From Candidatus Omnitrophota bacterium (lineage in GTDB: Bacteria; Omnitrophota; Gorgyraeia; Gygaellales; Profunditerraquicolaceae): a stretch of 64,000 nucleotides of DNA. Of this stretch, positions 59,101-62,100 are shown one piece after another. The notes under the pieces are model-generated. The model saw only the letters and a program-made list of their open reading frames with translations. It was not told where the DNA came from and made no database searches. Position numbers and translations under genes: made by a program. The stretch lies in contig JAPLLR010000046.1 in NCBI GenBank assembly GCA_026387455.1, positions 4,921 through 68,920 on the forward strand, written 5' to 3'. Numbering within the stretch: the stretch's first letter is position 1; each line of letters begins with the position of its first letter.

Positions 59101-62100
59101 GGCCTTGAAAGAGGAAAGATGATCCAGCTCATCCTGGTCCATGAATTAGGCGCGCGTTTCGGATTTGCCCACGAATCCAACATCAGCCTTGAGGAGATCT
59201 ACAAAGGTTATATGGGCTGGGGCTCTGAACAGGCTAAGGCCGGCGAGGAATTGCTGAACAGATTAGACAATTTATTCCAGAAGACCCACACTATCGTAGA
59301 TTACAATTATGACGGTGATGGTACAGACCTTGCAGCCGCTGATGCTGCAGGCGACGCAGAGCCGTTGGCTCTGGATCCGTTTGCTCCCGGGACTACCGAA
59401 TACGAGTTGGTGCACGAGAGCGCGTTCCTGAGTCTTTTTGGCGTGAGCAGCTATGATGACTGGGTTGCATCTTTTGGAGAGGATTCCGCTGCCCTTGACT
59501 GGGTAGGCGGCAGGGCTCAGGAAGTAAGCAGTAATTATGGAGGCAGCGTCAGCGCTTATATTAATGATCTTACGGTCGTGCAGTCGTTATCTACGGCTTT
59601 AGGTAGCGCTTCTATGGGAGCAAAGACGATTTTCGAAGGCGCTTATCAGGTGAGCATTACTCAGCTTACTTGGCATACTACTGCATATATGACCGAATTG
59701 TTTAGTGTTGTGGGCAGTTCTGATTGGGAAGGGGTAACACAGTTCATTGATTTCTTAGAGAAAGTCGCTAACTTTGACGCAGCTCTTAAGTCAAGCTCCT
59801 ATAGCACTCAGATAGATGCCGATATCTTATACAGCGCTTTTGGCGTGCGTTTCTTAGATGGCATCAGTAAGGCAGAGCTTGGCATAATCGGAGACGAACA
59901 GTACGGTATACTTTATGACGAGCAGGGTAATGTCAGGGATGCCAGCGACGCTATTAGTTTCTATGAGTCGGTGTATCTGTTCTACGCCGCTTGGCAGTCC
60001 AGTTCTGTCTCAAGCCAGCTTAACTCTACCATATTTGTACCTGCTTTCGGTCTGGATATTTCTAACGGCATACAGGCCGCTGACCTGGTCATCTTCGGCA
60101 ACCAACATTACGGGCTGCTTTACGATGAGTCCGGCAACGCTAGAGACGCCAATCAAGCCATAGATTTCTATACCAAGGTATATCAGTTCTACGCCGCCTG
60201 GCAGTCCAGTTCTGTCTCAAGCCAGATTAATTCCACGATTTTTATCTCGGCCTTTGGCCTGGATCTTTCTAACGGCATACAGATAGCGGATTTGTTAGTG
60301 TTCGGTAACCAGCAATACGGATTACTGTATGATGAGTCCAACAACGTTAGAGACGCCAATCAAGCTATAGATTTCTATACCAAGGTGTATCAGTTCTACG
60401 CCGCCTGGCAGTCAAGCTCTGTCTCAAGCCAGATTAATTCCACGATCTTTATCCCAGCTTTCAGCCTGGATCTTTCCAATGGTATACAGATAGCGGACCT
60501 GCTGGCATTCGGTAATCAGCAGCAGGGTTTACTCTATGACGAGCAAGGTAATTCTAGAAGCGCTAGTTCCGCTATTGAATTCTATGGGGCAGTATATCAG
60601 TTCTACGCCGCCTGGCAGTCCAGCTCTATGGCTAGTCAGGTCAACGCTACTTTATTCATTCCTGCTTTCGGTCTGGATCTTTCTAACGGAATCCAGGTTT
60701 CAGATTTGCTCGCGTTCGGCAACACGCAGTATGGCTTGCTTTATGATGAACAGGGCCACGTCAGAAGCGCAGATGCGGCTTTAGATTTCTATATTTCCGT
60801 TTATCAGTTCTACGCCGCATGGCAGTCTAACTCCTTTGCCAGCCAGATAAACTCCAGCATATTCATCTCTGTCTTCGGCCTGGATCTTTCTAACGGTATC
60901 CAGGAAGCTGATTTAATCATATTCGGCAACACGAATTATGGATTGCTCTTTGATGAGCAGGGCAATTCCAGGAATCCCAACGACGCCATAGATTTCTATG
61001 AGGCGGTGTATCAGTTCTACGTCGCTTGGCAGTCTAGCACTTACGCCGTAGCCATCAATACCCTGATCTTTAACTCCGCTTTTGCTGGGCTGGATCTCTC
61101 AGATGGTATTCAGATGGCGGACCTTTCGGCATTTGGTAACAGGAATTACGGCATACTGTATGATCAGGCAGGAAATTTAAAAGACCCTAATGCCGCGATC
61201 GATTTCTACGAGGCAGTAGTAGAGTTCTACAACGCCTGGAATGCCTCTAGCCTGAAGAATGACATCAACAGCATCATCCTCGGCCCTGTCTACGGCATCA
61301 ACTTAAGCGACGGTATCAGCGAGGCAGAGCTTGCCGCCTTCGGACGCAACGACCAGACGACCGGACATTACAATCCGCTTTATGACGATCAGGGCAATCT
61401 CAGGGATCCGCAGGACACCCTGGACTTCTTCGCGGCAGTGGTCAGCTTCTACAACGCCTGGAACGCCTCTAGCCTGAAGAACGACATCAACAATATTATT
61501 TTTATTCCTGCATACGGTTTGAATCTGGCAGATGGGTTAAGCGAAAGTGAGCTGAGCATAATGGGCGATGGAACTTTAGGCATACTTTATGAAACCGCCG
61601 ACCACTTAAGGGATGTAGATAGGGCCATGGAGTTCTATGAGGCCATAATCGTCTTCTATCAGGCCTGGAACGCTTCGCCTTTAAGGAATGAGATCAATAC
61701 ATTGATCCTGATCAACGCCTATGGTATCGACTTATCTGACGGCGCTATACAGTTAAGCGAATTGAGGGCTTTGGGTATCTACGAGTCTATTCCCAACGCT
61801 CCGCTTCTATATGACGAGAACGGGCAATTAAGGGACGCCGCTGACACAATGGATTTCTTTGAGGCGGTCGTGGGCTTCTATCAGGCTTGGAATACTTCGT
61901 CTTTAAGGAATGAGATAAATTCCCTCATCTTAATATCCGTCTACGGCATAGACTTATCCGACGGCATTAATATTTCCGATATAAACGCCTTCGGCAATAA
62001 AGACCCGAATAAGCCGTATATGTTATATGACCAGGACGGCAACCTGAATAACGCATCTGACATCATCGATTTCTTTGAACTGGTGGTTGAGTTCTATCAG

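Noticed and set aside
59140-59175. VHELGARFGFAHE considered as a metzincin HExxHxxGxxH zinc site.
   Set aside because: The second His of HExxH is replaced by Ala (HELGA), so the canonical zinc-binding triad is incomplete.
59915-60784. The + strand ORFs 59915..60163 and 60536..60784, both 82 aa and both beginning MTS(R/K)V.
   Set aside because: They are the same out-of-frame (frame 2) reading of the tandem 207-nt repeats. Their similarity to each other is explained by the repeat, not by selection.
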